From Haliotis rubra (Eukaryota): a stretch of 64,000 nt of DNA. The position numbers and the translations under genes are program-made. The stretch is taken from the NCBI RefSeq assembly GCF_003918875.1, contig NW_025766725.1, positions 496,001 through 560,000 on the forward strand, given 5' to 3'. Shown here piece by piece: positions 37,641 to 50,839 of this stretch. Under the pieces are notes generated by a model. It was not told where the DNA came from. It saw only the letters and a list, made by a program, of their open reading frames with translations, and did not search any database. Numbering within the stretch: the first letter of the stretch is position 1; each line of letters opens with the position of its first letter.

Positions 37641-38385
37641 TACCAAAAGAAATAAATTTAGGATCATGAAAATTTTATGAATGAAGACTTAGTGTCTAAG
37701 AATATGTATGGTATAATGTAACTATTTAATGATGATCAACTTTTTTTCAGTATATGACAGAATACACTTGTTTGAGATTCACACAACCCAGGCCACATTA
37801 AAACACTTTTCATGTGCACTGAGAGCCACCATTACTACTGTGTGTTAATCCTTCGATACACCTGTCTCCTGCATTCAAATAACACACCTGTGCTTGTCTG
37901 CCATGAATAACAGTCATTGCAGATAATCCTTTATTTCCATATTAGACATTATCTTTAAGGATAACCCACATTTATTATCTATACATCTCTCTAATCCTTC
38001 CACACATTTCCTCAAGACATAAACTGAATAACTCTAAATAAACTGTCAATCAACAAATCTATATATCTTCCTGTAGGAGTCAGCTTGACCTAAGGAAGGT
38101 CAAGGCCGCCATTAAAGTCCTCTCAGCATAAGCTGCTGGCAAATTTAGTTGCCCGATCACATGATTCAATACACACGGAAACATGCATGAAACATGTTTG
38201 TTTTGAAACCTTTTGATGATTTCGTTCATTATGATAATATATCACTCCACTTTTGAATGTAATACACCAAAATGATCACCATGTCAAATGTTTTTCATTT
38301 AAATAAACATATCTGATAATCCCTCTCAAACTTTGAGTAGTACCAAACTTTGTTATAGTAACAATCAATATCTGTATTATTTACC

Positions 38386-38553
38386 GGGCGGTGGGGTAGC
38401 CTAGTGGTTAAAGCGTTGGCTCGTCACGGCGAAGACCCGGGTTCGATTCCCCACATGGGTACAATGTGTTAAGCCCATTTCTGGTGTCCCCCGCCGTGAT
38501 ATTGCTGGAATATTGCTAAAAGCGGCGTAAAACTAAACTCACTCACTCACTCA
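38386..38553 (+). mobile_element. SINE family 1, best copy: tRNA-derived head (Asp-like, GTC), (ACTC)n tail
   Basis: A box TAGCCTAGTGG, B box GGTTCGATTCC; 14-bp TSD ctgtattatttacc (38372-38385 / 38554-38567); about 25 copies or fragments in the window. Confidence 0.95.
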
Positions 38554-39071
38554 CTGTATTATTTACCACTGTCATAGATCCAAGGGGATCCAAGAGTCTT
38601 GCTGTTGGATTTTAAGGTCCCCTTAAACTAAATAATGATTTATTCAGTTTGATTGGTATTTTAGAAGTTGATGAAGGTATAAGAATCTATACCAAAATGT
38701 TGCATCACAATATAACAAAGAAGTTGCTATCCATATAGTATCATACCTTTTTTAAATATTGTTTCTAAAATCTGGCAATGGGCATCATGTCTTATTTTGA
38801 ACTTGATAACTCACTTATTGTGTTATTTTTGTTACAAATAAAACCAAATAAAGTCAAGGTATCACAATCCTAATATTAAAACAGATCTAATCAACAATAG
38901 CAGCCTTACTCAAAGGCCATCAAGTGATGTTGATTTTTTAATATAAGGTAGTATGAAAATGTTTAAACAAATATGATAAATATTTGGGATGGTAAATCTG
39001 GGTAATATTGCATTCTTTTCAACCCTTGATGTTGAAACACATTTTATCACACTTTATTTGTTGCTATTGTC

Positions 39072-39497
39072 CAGGGGTTCAAAAATCCCATCGCCCGACG
39101 CCCGGGACAAGTCAGTTTTCATTTCGGGCAATCAAATAGTGGTATCTTACTTGTCCGTGGGCTACTAGATAATTTCCACTTATGGTTTCAAACTGCAAGT
39201 AAACTTTTATTCAATTTCATATCTGCTCAAAATGTAGCTATTAAATTTCGCAAATGATGATAAAGTAGAGTTATCTTTCTTTGCTATTTATCACTTTTCA
39301 ATAAATAGTCCAGTAAACATTAACATCAAATACCATGTTGATTTCTTCTTTCATAATTACATCATCATAATTATGTCATAAAATCAGGGCAAGTGGAAAA
39401 TTAGTCAGGGCAAGTGGAAAATTAGTCAGGACACGTTACTTTCTTATAGTCACTTGCCCTGTGGCAAGTTGCTTTTAAATTTTTTTTTGAACCCCTG
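39072..39497. mobile_element. hAT-like MITE with 5-bp TSD
   Basis: 14-bp TIR CAGGGGTTCAAAAA; ttgtc on both flanks; internal gggcaagt repeats. Confidence 0.88.
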
Positions 39498-40249
39498 TTG
39501 TCAAACAAGAGTTGAGGGAGAGGCTGCTGTAGAGAATCATATTTCAGAAAAGTTAAAAATGTCCATCACAACAATCCACATTTTAACATGTTCCACAGTA
39601 GACACTTCCCTCAAACCAAACCCGAGCCACAATCTTCACATCTAAGTTTATATTTTCATACAATTTTTGCCATACAAAGCTCAAGGTTTGAATACAGAAA
39701 TATTTATACATTAATCCACCTTGTTGACAAATCCACAGCGGCATGATCCTTGGTTAAACACAACACGGAGTCTTAACCTATCAAATATGTGGCCTTGACC
39801 TTCACCTCCTGTCAAAACAATCGGAATCTACACATGTTCATACTACAGAAATAGAGCATTTACAAGATAGTGATACTCTGCATGTAACAATTGCAGCTGG
39901 TTGTATATCTCAAAACACTGCTCCTTAAACAACGATCTTGATGACATGAGTTAGAGAGCCAGATAGCTATGGACGATCCCACATAAATCCAGGGTGTTAA
40001 AGCCAATTAGTGGTCTTATTTGAGAGGGTTTTTGGAATAATACCATAACAGTATTTCTGTTACTTCACAGAGTGTTGGCTAAATGGAAAAGTACGTAGTT
40101 TAATGCCTTTTTAGTAATATTCAAGCCATATCACATCTGGGGACACAAGAAATGGGCTTTACATGATGTAATCACGTGTGTAAGTAAACCCGGACCAATG
40201 GTACGACAAGCACATGGCCACTAGGCTATCTCACTAACCTCTTATCATT

Positions 40250-40497
40250 AGAGACCCGTGAAGATCCGGGTTAGAATTAACCTTCAGTAACCCATGCTTG
40301 TTGTACGAGGCGACTAACAGGATTGGGTGGTCACGCTCGCTGACTTGGTTGACACATGTCATTGTATCCCAATTGCGTAGATCTATGCTCATGCTCTTGA
40401 TCACTTGACTGTCTGGCCCAGGCTCGATTATTTACAGATTGCTACCATATAGCTGGAATATTGCTGAGTGTGGCGTAAAACTAAACTCACTCACTCA
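40250..40497 (+). mobile_element. SINE-like family 2 (about 245 bp, no tRNA head, structured 5' end, tail shared with family 1)
   Basis: TSD ctcttatcatt (40239-40249 / 40498-40508); 3' end gctggaatattgctgagtg-ggcgtaaaactaa(actc)n. Confidence 0.92.
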
Positions 40498-40581
40498 CTC
40501 TTATCATTTGAAAATATCAGAGGTAAACATGAATCACAGACACTTCACACCCAAGTCACTGTCTATTGTCGACAATTAAGG

Positions 40582-40750
40582 TGAGGTGAGGTGAAATTGG
40601 GTTAAACATCATGCTTGAGAATATTTCGCTCATATGACAACGTGCATGTGTGTATGTGTATGTGCGGCTGCTTGTACTAACCCAGACTGAAGCTGGTTTT
40701 ATAGTGCTAGCCCACTGAGATACCATGCCGCAGTGAAGCATGAATACCGA
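40582..40750 (-). mobile_element. SINE family 3, 5'-truncated
   Basis: Matches the 3' half of the 57135 copy; 14-bp TSD gtcgacaattaagg. Confidence 0.9.
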
Positions 40751-40764
40751 GTCGACAATTAAGG

Positions 40765-40914
40765 GGTGAAGTTTGGTTTTAAGCAATATTCCAGCAATAT
40801 TACAGTGGGGCACATCAGAAATAGGCTTCATGCATTGTACCCATTTGAGGAATCGAACCAAGCCATCAGTCTGACAAGCCAACACCTTAACCACTAGACT
40901 ACCCTACCATCCCC
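40765..40914 (-). mobile_element. SINE family 1, diverged (another decayed copy at about 40097-40238)
   Basis: Match to the family consensus. Confidence 0.85.
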
Positions 40915-43197
40915 ACAGTTGAGAACAAAGGCCTTCAACACCACTGGACAGAACACCATTCCTCAAACAGAGACGAATTGGAATTATTTTGACAAAGCCC
41001 TTTAGGGTGAGTGAGTGAGATTGGTTTAACATTTATCCAGTTATATCATGGTGTGTCAGCTGCATGTGGGTGGAAAGCTAGAGGTGATCCAGGTCCCCCA
41101 TGTTTAGCACTTCGCCAAAAGCCCCCATTAGTCTGATGAGATATTTCATCATGCTTCCAAACACTGAATGCTGAAAATTGCAAAATGTCATGAAACATTG
41201 CTGGTATTATATACAATGTCATCTGTATAATGCTACCCTCTATATACCATCCATTCAAGCGCACACTTGCCATGTCTTGAGTCAATAATGTTGATTACAA
41301 TCCCTCCTAAAATGATTGATTTACTTGTCAAAAAGTTCACACTCACTCAGAAAATGATCCACAGAACAACCTTTGGTATTTGTACTTTGGTTCTTACTTT
41401 TTGAAAGGAAAGTGTGGCGCTGCCAAGAGATTAAAGAGTTTTATTCTCCATGTGATATTGCCAGAATATTGCTGAAGGCAATGTCAAACAATACTTTCTC
41501 AAAACTACACTCAAAAGGGAACTGACAATGGTTGGTGGTTTAAACTTCATTTTATCAAAATATCATCTTGACGAATTCTACTCAAACAGAATTCATCCAA
41601 ACACTTCAAAACCTTAGATTTATCTAGACCTGCTCAAAAGCTGATATACAGACCCAAGTCTGCATCCACGGTCATTGAAAATTCTAAAATTGAGCGAAAC
41701 ATTTCCCACTCCATGTTGTTGTAGCTGTAACAAAGGATAACTAATGTCAAGGCTTTGTAGAGATGACTTGCATTTCACCAATAACAAGGCCATTAACAAC
41801 CATCAAAGACTCTTTAATGCTTGTTTTTACACTATTGCATGGCAAGCAATGTAAAAAAAACTCACTTAAGAAAAAAGGAACTCTTTACAAACATCACAGG
41901 TATGATTTTTCGCAATTTGTCTGCCAGGAGCACTTAGTCTGGTATCCTTAATAAACCCCTGAGAACTATATATTAACACACTGAAGCAACAAAAATCATC
42001 ATCCGGCACTAATATCCAGACTCTAATGATGAAAACATCGTATTATTGACCATGAGTAGCAACATCAATTTTTGAGAACTGGCAGAATCCATCCTAACAA
42101 ACACCAGATCTCCATCAATTTCATAAAATGTCATGGAAAACCATCAAGTCTTGATACATATCGCTCCTCCCATCCATCACCCAGCAGGATGCTGCCAGTT
42201 GGGCAATATCAGTCCGTAATGCCCGAGCAGAGGCGTGATAACTACAGAACTAGACAAATATCAACTCCTATCACTTCAATTGATACCTGTTTTCAGGATT
42301 CAATGTATGATGGACATTTTGCAGATAATTCTGTAAAGTAATCTGGTCCAAGAATAGCAACATTCAAGAGAAACTAGTGACATATCCTTTTGGATTTGTT
42401 ACCTGGTCACTTTCCCTGAGATTGATGCAAACTATTGTTTTGACTATTAGGTAGGTTCAAGAAAGACTACTAACATTTCTTTGTGGAACACTTACTGGTC
42501 CATAAGTCTGACATTGTAAAACTGAAGAAGGACTAGAAAGTAGTGAGAACTACCACTTTTTCCATTAGTATATATAGGTTGATGGCAACTGTAGCCCATC
42601 AAATGTACTGACTAAGCTAAAATGAATTTTTCATGCTTTGATTTAGATTATACATTCGTACACATACATGGTAGGATGTTTTTAAAACTTTCCATAATGC
42701 AACCTAACATTGCATTATTCAACTTCAACCTTTATTACATAATGCATAGTGTTACAAATGAGTTAAACCTATCTGATAAACATGCAAATGAGGTCCTCCA
42801 GGAGGAACTGTTTTAATCTCCATACATCAATACAATGCCTGCTTGCTCAATAACCTAACAAATAACATTCCCAATAATCTTAAACTGGGGTTTCCGAATC
42901 AGTAGCCAGAATTTTATACTCCAAACGCACGATAAATAAACTACATGAACATACTTGCATAAAACTTTCTATGTGTCTGCTATTATAATTCAGTCTGGGA
43001 AAGCAAACCTTCGAAAGACAGGATTACACCCTGCTGGCATATTTTGCTGGCTCAGCATATTTTCCCACCACCACCACCAGACTTAACATACTAGCTTCCC
43101 TGTGGGCATGATATGGTTATTATTTGAACGCAATTGTAAAGGTGTGCTTCAACTTTCTATACAAACACTGTGCCTAAGAGATTTTTTTAACACTTAC

Positions 43198-43234
43198 CTT
43201 GCCAGAAACCTGTCACCATCCAAGTGGAAAACAT
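43198..43234 (-). CDS. KAZN: candidate kazrin first coding exon (MFSTWMVTGFWQ), phase 1
   Basis: Perfect AAG|gtaagt donor; ATG-initiated 37 nt joins the 36395 acceptor in frame; no homology support. Confidence 0.5.
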
Positions 43235-43479
43235 GAATCATCGCAACAAAACAAGGACAACTGCGGTATCAATTCCACAAACCTTCAGTGTCGTTTCTGT
43301 CATATTTATCGGATCACAGTCAGTAATTGTTGTCACTCCTTGACACAAACTGTTGTTAAAAGCTAGGAATTATCTACATCGAGCGTAATTGAGCGTTATA
43401 TGGTTATTTCTCTGTTGACAGTGTCAGCTGACTCATGCAAGGATATATATCAAGGTATAGTGTATAATCATAGTGTATA

Positions 43480-43848
43480 TAGAGGATACTAAACGACCTT
43501 CTGTGTAATACCATTTTTATTAAAGGAGTTAAAGATTTGGTATCAAACGAGCGAAAGCGAGTTTGATGCTAAATCTTTCACGAGTTTGATAAAAATGGTA
43601 TTTCACAGAAGCGAGTTTAGTATTCTATTTATTACTCTCCAACATAAATTGATAGAAACTGCATATGTAGTGTGATGACTTTTAGCTTTCCGCGAGTCAA
43701 ACAAGGTCTAATACCATTGTGACAGAGGTATTAGCATTGTGACGTCATAACTGTAAACCATTATGACGTCATACGTCTGGCATATTACACTAGTGTAATA
43801 TTGACGTAAAAATATTACACTGCAGTATCTTCCACGGGCGAGTAATAA
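43480..43848. mobile_element. non-autonomous element with a 150-bp palindrome (Crypton-like appearance, class uncertain)
   Basis: Hairpin 43480-43628 centred on cgagcgaaagcgag; tgacgtca and atattacactagtgtaatat palindromes in the right half. Confidence 0.55.
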
Positions 43849-44088
43849 GTTGCAGTAATCACTTTCTGAGACTACGGCTAGCAAACTCTGAAGATGACTT
43901 GCTTCAACCTGTTTATTTGTTGTATAATATAGTGATCTAGCAAGTATATATGGAGACTGAAATCATAGTGTATATCAGTAATTACTTTCAGAGAATAGAG
44001 TTAGCAAAGTGAAGATGTTAAAGCTGACTTATTTGAGCCTGTTTGTAGCTGTAAACGGCAATATTCCAGCAACAAGACAGCAGTCAGG

Positions 44089-44263
44089 AGTGAGTGAGTG
44101 AGTTAGTGAGTTAGGTTTTACACTGAATTTAGCAATATTCAAGCAATATCACGACAGGGGACACCAGAAATGGACTTCACACATTGTGTCCATGTGGGGA
44201 ATTGAACGTGGGTCTTCAACGAAATGAGAAAACACCTTAGCCACTAGGCTGCCTCACTGCCCC
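44089..44263 (-). mobile_element. SINE family 1
   Basis: TSD cagtcagg; sits inside a decayed family-2 fragment. Confidence 0.9.
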
Positions 44264-45270
44264 CAGTCAGGTGTGAACCAGACAAACCAGTGATTGATAT
44301 ATTCAGCAATGCTCCATGTCATCTGTTAAAATGATCCAACTACACACACAGTCCCTTACCCATACACTTTCCCTTCTGCCCAGCCCATATGTAATGCTGT
44401 AGCCCAAATACTACATACAGGTTCTGATTCCAATTCTCATCTCATTTGAGCTCTTTTCAATATCATTTTTAACTTCCATTAAAATAAATTTTCAGAGGCA
44501 GAATACTTAATCAGCCAAGTCATTAAGCCTGATGACATATCCACCCATTCGACCAACTCCACACAAACAGGTTACTGGATGTAAAAAAAACCCACCACAA
44601 CAACAACCCCAAACAAAACAAAATACTTTCAAAACCCACAAGGTTCAGATGCATGGATTATCAACAGTTCTAACTACAAACAGATTACTGACAAAGTCTG
44701 CATAATTACAACAACCTATCTTCAAAACATGTGACCACAGATCAAAGCTACTATTGCAAACTATCAAAGTAAAGAATGTTTTTACTTGTTAGAATGAGAC
44801 ACCCTGGGGGCAAGTGGCTGACTGTTTCCTAGCGGGACATATCCAAACTGTTGTCCTTCAGCTTAAGCTAGGCTGTTAATATATGAAGTGTTCACAAGTA
44901 CACAGTCCAGTGGATAACTCAGTTTATGACATGAGCATACACCATTGGGCACCGTGACACAGATAAAGGCTGGAGTTATTGCTTTATAGCTCTTATACAA
45001 TACATGTTGTATATAGACATATATACACTGCCTGTAGTCTATGCTACAGAGATACTGATATATCATAGGAATTAGACTTTAAAGAACTGAATTCACACTG
45101 AACATGATACAATGCCAATATTCAAGCAATGTGTCAGGTAGATTGAAGGTAAAGGTAAAGGTAGGTTAAATCCTTCTGTCATAATGTCTGTAGGAACAGA
45201 CAATCGATCAATGCCATACATTGAGTCTACTGCTTTCTGTGTAAAACACTGAGTCCATAATTTGGTGTTA

Positions 45271-45456
45271 CTGACTGACTGACTGAGTTTGGTTTTACGC
45301 CGCTTTTAGCAATATTCCAGCAACATCACGGCGGGGCACACCAGAAATGGGCTTCACACATTGTACCCATGTGGGGATTCAAACCCGGTCTTTGCATATG
45401 TGACGTCATATGAGCGAAACGCTTTAACCACTAGGCTACCCCATTTCACCCGCCCC
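45271..45456 (-). mobile_element. SINE family 1 with an internal insertion
   Basis: TSD taatttggtgtta (45258-45270 / 45457-45469). Confidence 0.92.
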
Positions 45457-46229
45457 TAATTTGGTGTTAAATAGTTAGTCTATTGAAGACATGAAATTCA
45501 GTCAGTCAGGCCTTGTATCATCCTGTGACAAACATACAAGCCGTTCAACATTCTGTGTCAAATGATGAATCTTTGAGCCTTTATTGCTCGTGTGTTCAAA
45601 CCAACACACCACCCTCCCAGTTTCACCTAAAAGTACCAAAATCCATTTACATCATAACCCTGAATGTTATTGACCAACTGAAACATGTACAATGACTCCA
45701 CAATTCTAAAGCTGCCCCACAGATCTACATTCTGTAGTATTTTCTTTATAACCCTGTGGTCTACTCCAGCAGCCCTTGTGTTGAAACGTACAAATATTGA
45801 CATGTCTCTTAACTCCTTCACAGACAGGTCATGCGTGCCAAAATGTTTTGGCCAGGGCTCTAGCTGACTGCTGAAATAACAAAATTTGTGGTTCTCTTGC
45901 TTTTATCCTACTATCCCTCCACCCCTTTGACCCTCTCACAACACCCCATGATACCTGAAGCAAGGACTAGGGCACAAGGAGCCTCTGTTGTAGTGGCAGC
46001 GAGAGTAAATAGTTAGCTGTGACTGTCATAGACTAACATATAGCCTGTGATATCGTTTAGTACACAACACATTTCTGTTATTTTGATTTGTGGAATTTAG
46101 CTAGCTAGAAGTTATCTTGACTGCGCTTGATCACTGTTGGACGGTTACATCATAATCTAGACTGGGTATTATCTTAACGTAGACAGGTTAGATAACAATC
46201 TTGTCTGGGATTTGTTATAGCCTTGATAG

Positions 46230-46520
46230 GGTTTTATCGTAACAGACAGGGTTTGATTACAATATGGTCTAGTTTGATCATCATCGGGACAGGATTTGAT
46301 CACAATATAGTCTGGATTTGATCACAATATGGTCTGGATTTGATCATCATCTAGTCTGGATTTGATCACAATATGGTCTGGATTTGATCATCATCGGGAC
46401 AGGATTTGATCACAATATAGTCTGGATTTGATCATCATCTAGTCAGGGTTTGATGACAGTGTAGTCTGGATTTGATCATCTGACAGGATTTGATCACAAT
46501 ATAGCCTGGATTTGATCATC
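46230..46520. repeat. ~22-bp minisatellite
   Basis: ctggatttgatca(caatat/tcatct)agt. Confidence 0.9.
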
Positions 46521-48843
46521 ACTTACACAGGGTGTGTTCATCAGACTTGCCTCTTATAAGGATATAATTACTATATATACTCCTGAATTTGTCATTTAGG
46601 ACAGCCTTGGAGCAGGGCTATTTGCATAACGACAGATGAAGAAAATCATGTGCATTCTTTTTCTGAATATTTAATCAAATGTACCGTACACTGTCCAAAC
46701 AAACATGCTTTAGCTGAAATGCTTAGCTACAATGAGTTTTGTTTAGAAAAAAATAATATGCTAATTTGAAACAAATTAGATGACAATCTAATAAATTACT
46801 TATGTAACTACCTCAAGCTTCACAATATGCTAATTTTGAAAAATTAGATGACAATCTAATAAATTACTTATGCAACTATGTCACTTTAATGTTAACTGTC
46901 CAGCTTTAATTCATATGTGCTATTGAACTAAGTATGCATATTTACGATCAGTTACAGAATTTACTGAAAAATCCCCCCAAATGCGTCACAGAGTTTTCAT
47001 CAATATACTTCGATAGGCCTGTAATTGACCTCGACTGGTTGAGAATAAACAAACTAAATCCACAAAGGTGGGTCAGGGTGACCTAATGATTTCTAATATT
47101 ATGTCTGCATCGACTGCATTGAGAGCATGATTTCCTCTCACCGATGTCTCCAAGGTTAAAGCAACCTGGAGCGCTGTTTCACACAACCCAGTAACAAGCC
47201 CCAAGTGGTAGTTGATACGATTTCATTATCAGCATAAGCCTTCTTTATACCACAAGTATCTGGATGTATTCCTGGGCTTCACATAAACATTGTTGCCATC
47301 TTAAGGTTATTGACTGGGGTTAATGGAGTATATTTTACGGGTGAGAAATGGGCGTGTGTACCTATTTCATTGTTTCACCCACCTGTTGAACGTTGTACAC
47401 AGCTGAGTTTGATATCTTGAAGGAATATCAATCAAAGTTACTCAGCTCCATTTACTGGGATTTTAACACTGAAGTTAACTGTTTGGATGAAGTTTTATCT
47501 TGTTTATAACACATCATTTGTGATGACAATAGTGTATTAAACTATAAAACATTTTGCAAGGTTGTACATTTCAGATTTACTGAAATTTTTGCAAGATCGA
47601 TATAACCTGGGCCAATACCATGACTGACTGACTGACGGAGTTTGGTTTTATACCGGTTTTATAAGAACCGGGTCTTCGTGACGAGCCAGCGCTTTAACCA
47701 TTAGGCTATAAATTGTGAGAACCAAGCATGAAGGGAGACAACTATATAAAGGTCCTAATTTATTTACATGGACTCACATTGTACAGACATGGAAAGACCC
47801 TACTATCAATGGCGTAGTCTCCAAATGCCTACAGTGACAAAAGCCTACAGTGTAGAATAAACAAAGTAATGCACCAGTGATTTCAAGCAACCCTATCAAT
47901 ACCAAACAGTAAATTACATGTTTCATGCCAATGCTATTAGAGGGGAGTTTAGTTTTACGCCGCACTCAGCAATATTCCAGCTATATGGTGGCAGTAATGC
48001 TATTAGAACAAATAAAACGAAACTGATAATGCAACTCTGCTAAAACTGCTATTATTAAAACATATGCAGCATTCCATAATTATTGCAATATCAATATATA
48101 TCAATAAGTCATCATGTCACTCACGTTATGGGTTCAAATCTATTATTTTACATATAAATAAACACAAAAATCATACAGACCAATGGACATGCATATTCCA
48201 ATTTTCTATTGTCCAAGTGAAAAGCCACCATATTGCTGAAATATTGATAAAAGAGACGAAAAACGTTATTTATTCACTCACTCCAAGTGAAGAATAGACC
48301 ATCCCTCATGGTAGGTCTGGTGAGCGTCTTAAATGCTAATGATTGGTCATTTAACGCTATCATCCGCCTCAGATTAAGTGGAATATATATTTCAGTGGGG
48401 ATGATATAACTGTCTCCTTACAAATGTGTTTAGGAGACACAATGAAATGCTAGAAGGGTATTAAACACAGTAGTAGTGATGGTGTTACATACATCTTAAC
48501 CTTGTGATAGATTGGTTTACCGACATTAGTTCTACGTCCACAAGCCCAAACCTGTATATTTTGGAAACATTTTTATATTGTCACCTAGCATATGGATTAG
48601 TATAAGCTAGTCTAACTAAAACAGAACTGGCAATAATGTCTGACTACAAATGTATATACCTCTCACCTGTAAGAAACAGGAGACATTTTGTATGTGACAG
48701 GTTTCTATCAACAAACTTCAAGCTATGTGTAAACTGAACTTATTAACACTGAATTTCCTGATGTAAAAATGCTATGAAAGTCTTCAGGTATAATTAGTAT
48801 CCTTGATTTCCGATCATGATTAAGGGAACTTTGAAAAAAAAAA

Positions 48844-48996
48844 AGTGAGAGAGTGAATATGGTTTTACACCGCTTTTAGCAATATTCCTGCAATATCGAC
48901 AGGGAACACCAGAAATGGGCTTCACATATTGTACACATGTGGGGAATCGAAAGTGTGACGAGCGAACGCATTAACCACAAGGCTACCCCACCGCCC
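48844..48996 (-). mobile_element. SINE family 1 (internally deleted or decayed copies also at about 47621-47708, 56925-57050, 59185-59332)
   Basis: Match to the family consensus. Confidence 0.87.
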
Positions 48997-49658
48997 TTCA
49001 AATGCAAGGATACACTGCTAGATTTTAACAAGTCTCAACAATTGATCATGTCCAATACTGAGAAGATATTATTAACATATAAGTATTGACGTACAAATGG
49101 AAATGATATGTAATTTTACCTTTGGAATATACAAGATATCTGGAAGAAATAACAGTAACTCCTCGGCCATTCAGTGAGTATAGCTACTGAACCCGTCTGA
49201 ATATACGTGCAACGCCTCAGATGTTAAACTCTGACTGCCTATTGTTGAATAACTTTCCAATCTTGCACTGTGAGTCATTATCTTCCTATTGTCATAGTAC
49301 CTACTCAAGCTGAGGAAATGATAGGCTTGTCGCAGTAATTTGGATATTTACAAACTGTTTGAGTTGACTAAATAGGCTGGGAACAATTATCATATGGCAG
49401 TTGTTGTATTGAACAGACATCACTGTGATGTTTGATCTTGAGCAGGTGTTTAGTATAAACTCAGGGTCTCAGATAAGTCGAACTATTTTTGGAAAATAGG
49501 CTTATAGTTATCCATGAAGATATTTTGCAGTTTTGGGGATTATTTGTGATAAAAAGGATAATTTTCTATTTGGCTGTGGTACAGAAAAATCTTACAAAAG
49601 TTGCTAATATCATGAAAGTATCATTTGTGTTTAGTAATATCAAACCTGTCCCATAGCC

Positions 49659-49908
49659 AGAGTGAGTGAGTGAGTGAGTGAGTTTAGTTTTATGCCTCAC
49701 TCAGCAATATTACAGCTATATGAAGGCGGTCTGTAAATAATCGAGTCTGGAACAGACAATCCAGTGATCAACAGCATGAGCATCGATCTGTGCAATTGGG
49801 AACCGATGTGTGAACCAAGCCAGTGAGCCTGACCACGCGATCCCGTTAGTCACCTCTTACGACAAGCATGGGTTACTGAAGGCTCATTCTAAACCCGGAC
49901 CTTCGCGG
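49659..49908 (-). mobile_element. SINE-like family 2, full length
   Basis: Colinear with the family. Confidence 0.9.
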
Positions 49909-50139
49909 TGGTGGAAATAACCCATTGCCCGACGTCGGAGTCCAGTGTTTTTTTCTGTCGGGCAAGCAAATTCATATATCACACTGTACCGGCATCCTGT
50001 TGACTTTTCAATGTTAATAATGTTGTTTATTTAAAAAATTCAACAAGAAAAATGGCCGGTATAGTGGAAAACTTATCAGGGCAAGTGATGTCACATGTGC
50101 CGGAGTACATTAGCAATTTTACAGTTATTACCACCCCTG
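49909..50139. mobile_element. relative of the 39072 MITE, left end damaged
   Basis: cccattgcccgacg, cgggcaa, cagggcaagtg shared; right end tattaccacccctg. Confidence 0.65.
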
Positions 50140-50225
50140 TGAGTGAGTGAGTGAGTGAGTGAGTGAGTGAGTGAGTGAGTGAGTGAGTGAGTGAGTGAGT
50201 GAGTGAGTGAGTGAGTGAGTGAGTG
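50139..50225. repeat. (GAGT)n microsatellite
   Basis: Direct reading. Confidence 0.97.
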
Positions 50226-50839
50226 TTATTTTAGGCTTCGTCACCATAATTCATCTTGACCAGACAAACCAATAACTGATACAACACATCTCCACTTTTG
50301 TTTGGGATGTTTTGTTAATCTGATTTTATCAAATTTCTTTTAAACTGATTCTCATATTATGCAATGTATATAGTTAATAGAATAACATATATGATTCATT
50401 GATTCTGACAAATGAAGCCATGGTTGATTTACGGATATCAACTGTCAATACCTTATGTTTTCAGTTATTCTAATAGAAATCTTACTGGGCAAATTTGTAC
50501 AGAAACACATTTCTTACCTAATTCAAGATCCATGTTGTCTTCAGTGTTCAGACTAATCCGGCAGCAAACTGTCTCAAACACACTGCAGCTAAACCAATTC
50601 TATAGATGACAACTTGTCACCATTCGCGATATAAGGATCTGACATCACAAACCCATCCTTTCTTTCTGTGTCAAACTCAGCAACACTCATCAGAAATATT
50701 CACAACTTGTTTCCTTCCAGCTGACGATATGACAACAGCACTGAGTCTCTGATTAAATGTTAATGTCTTCTCAACACATTAGACTTGTGATGGGGTCATG
50801 TATATCCACAATGATTTCTCCCTGTAGACAATATCAAAT

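Noticed and set aside
38386-38460. tRNA-Asp-like gene (and similar heads elsewhere, including 57420-57490)
   Set aside because: These are SINE heads: they continue into a shared body and tail, have TSDs, and lack a proper acceptor stem and terminator.
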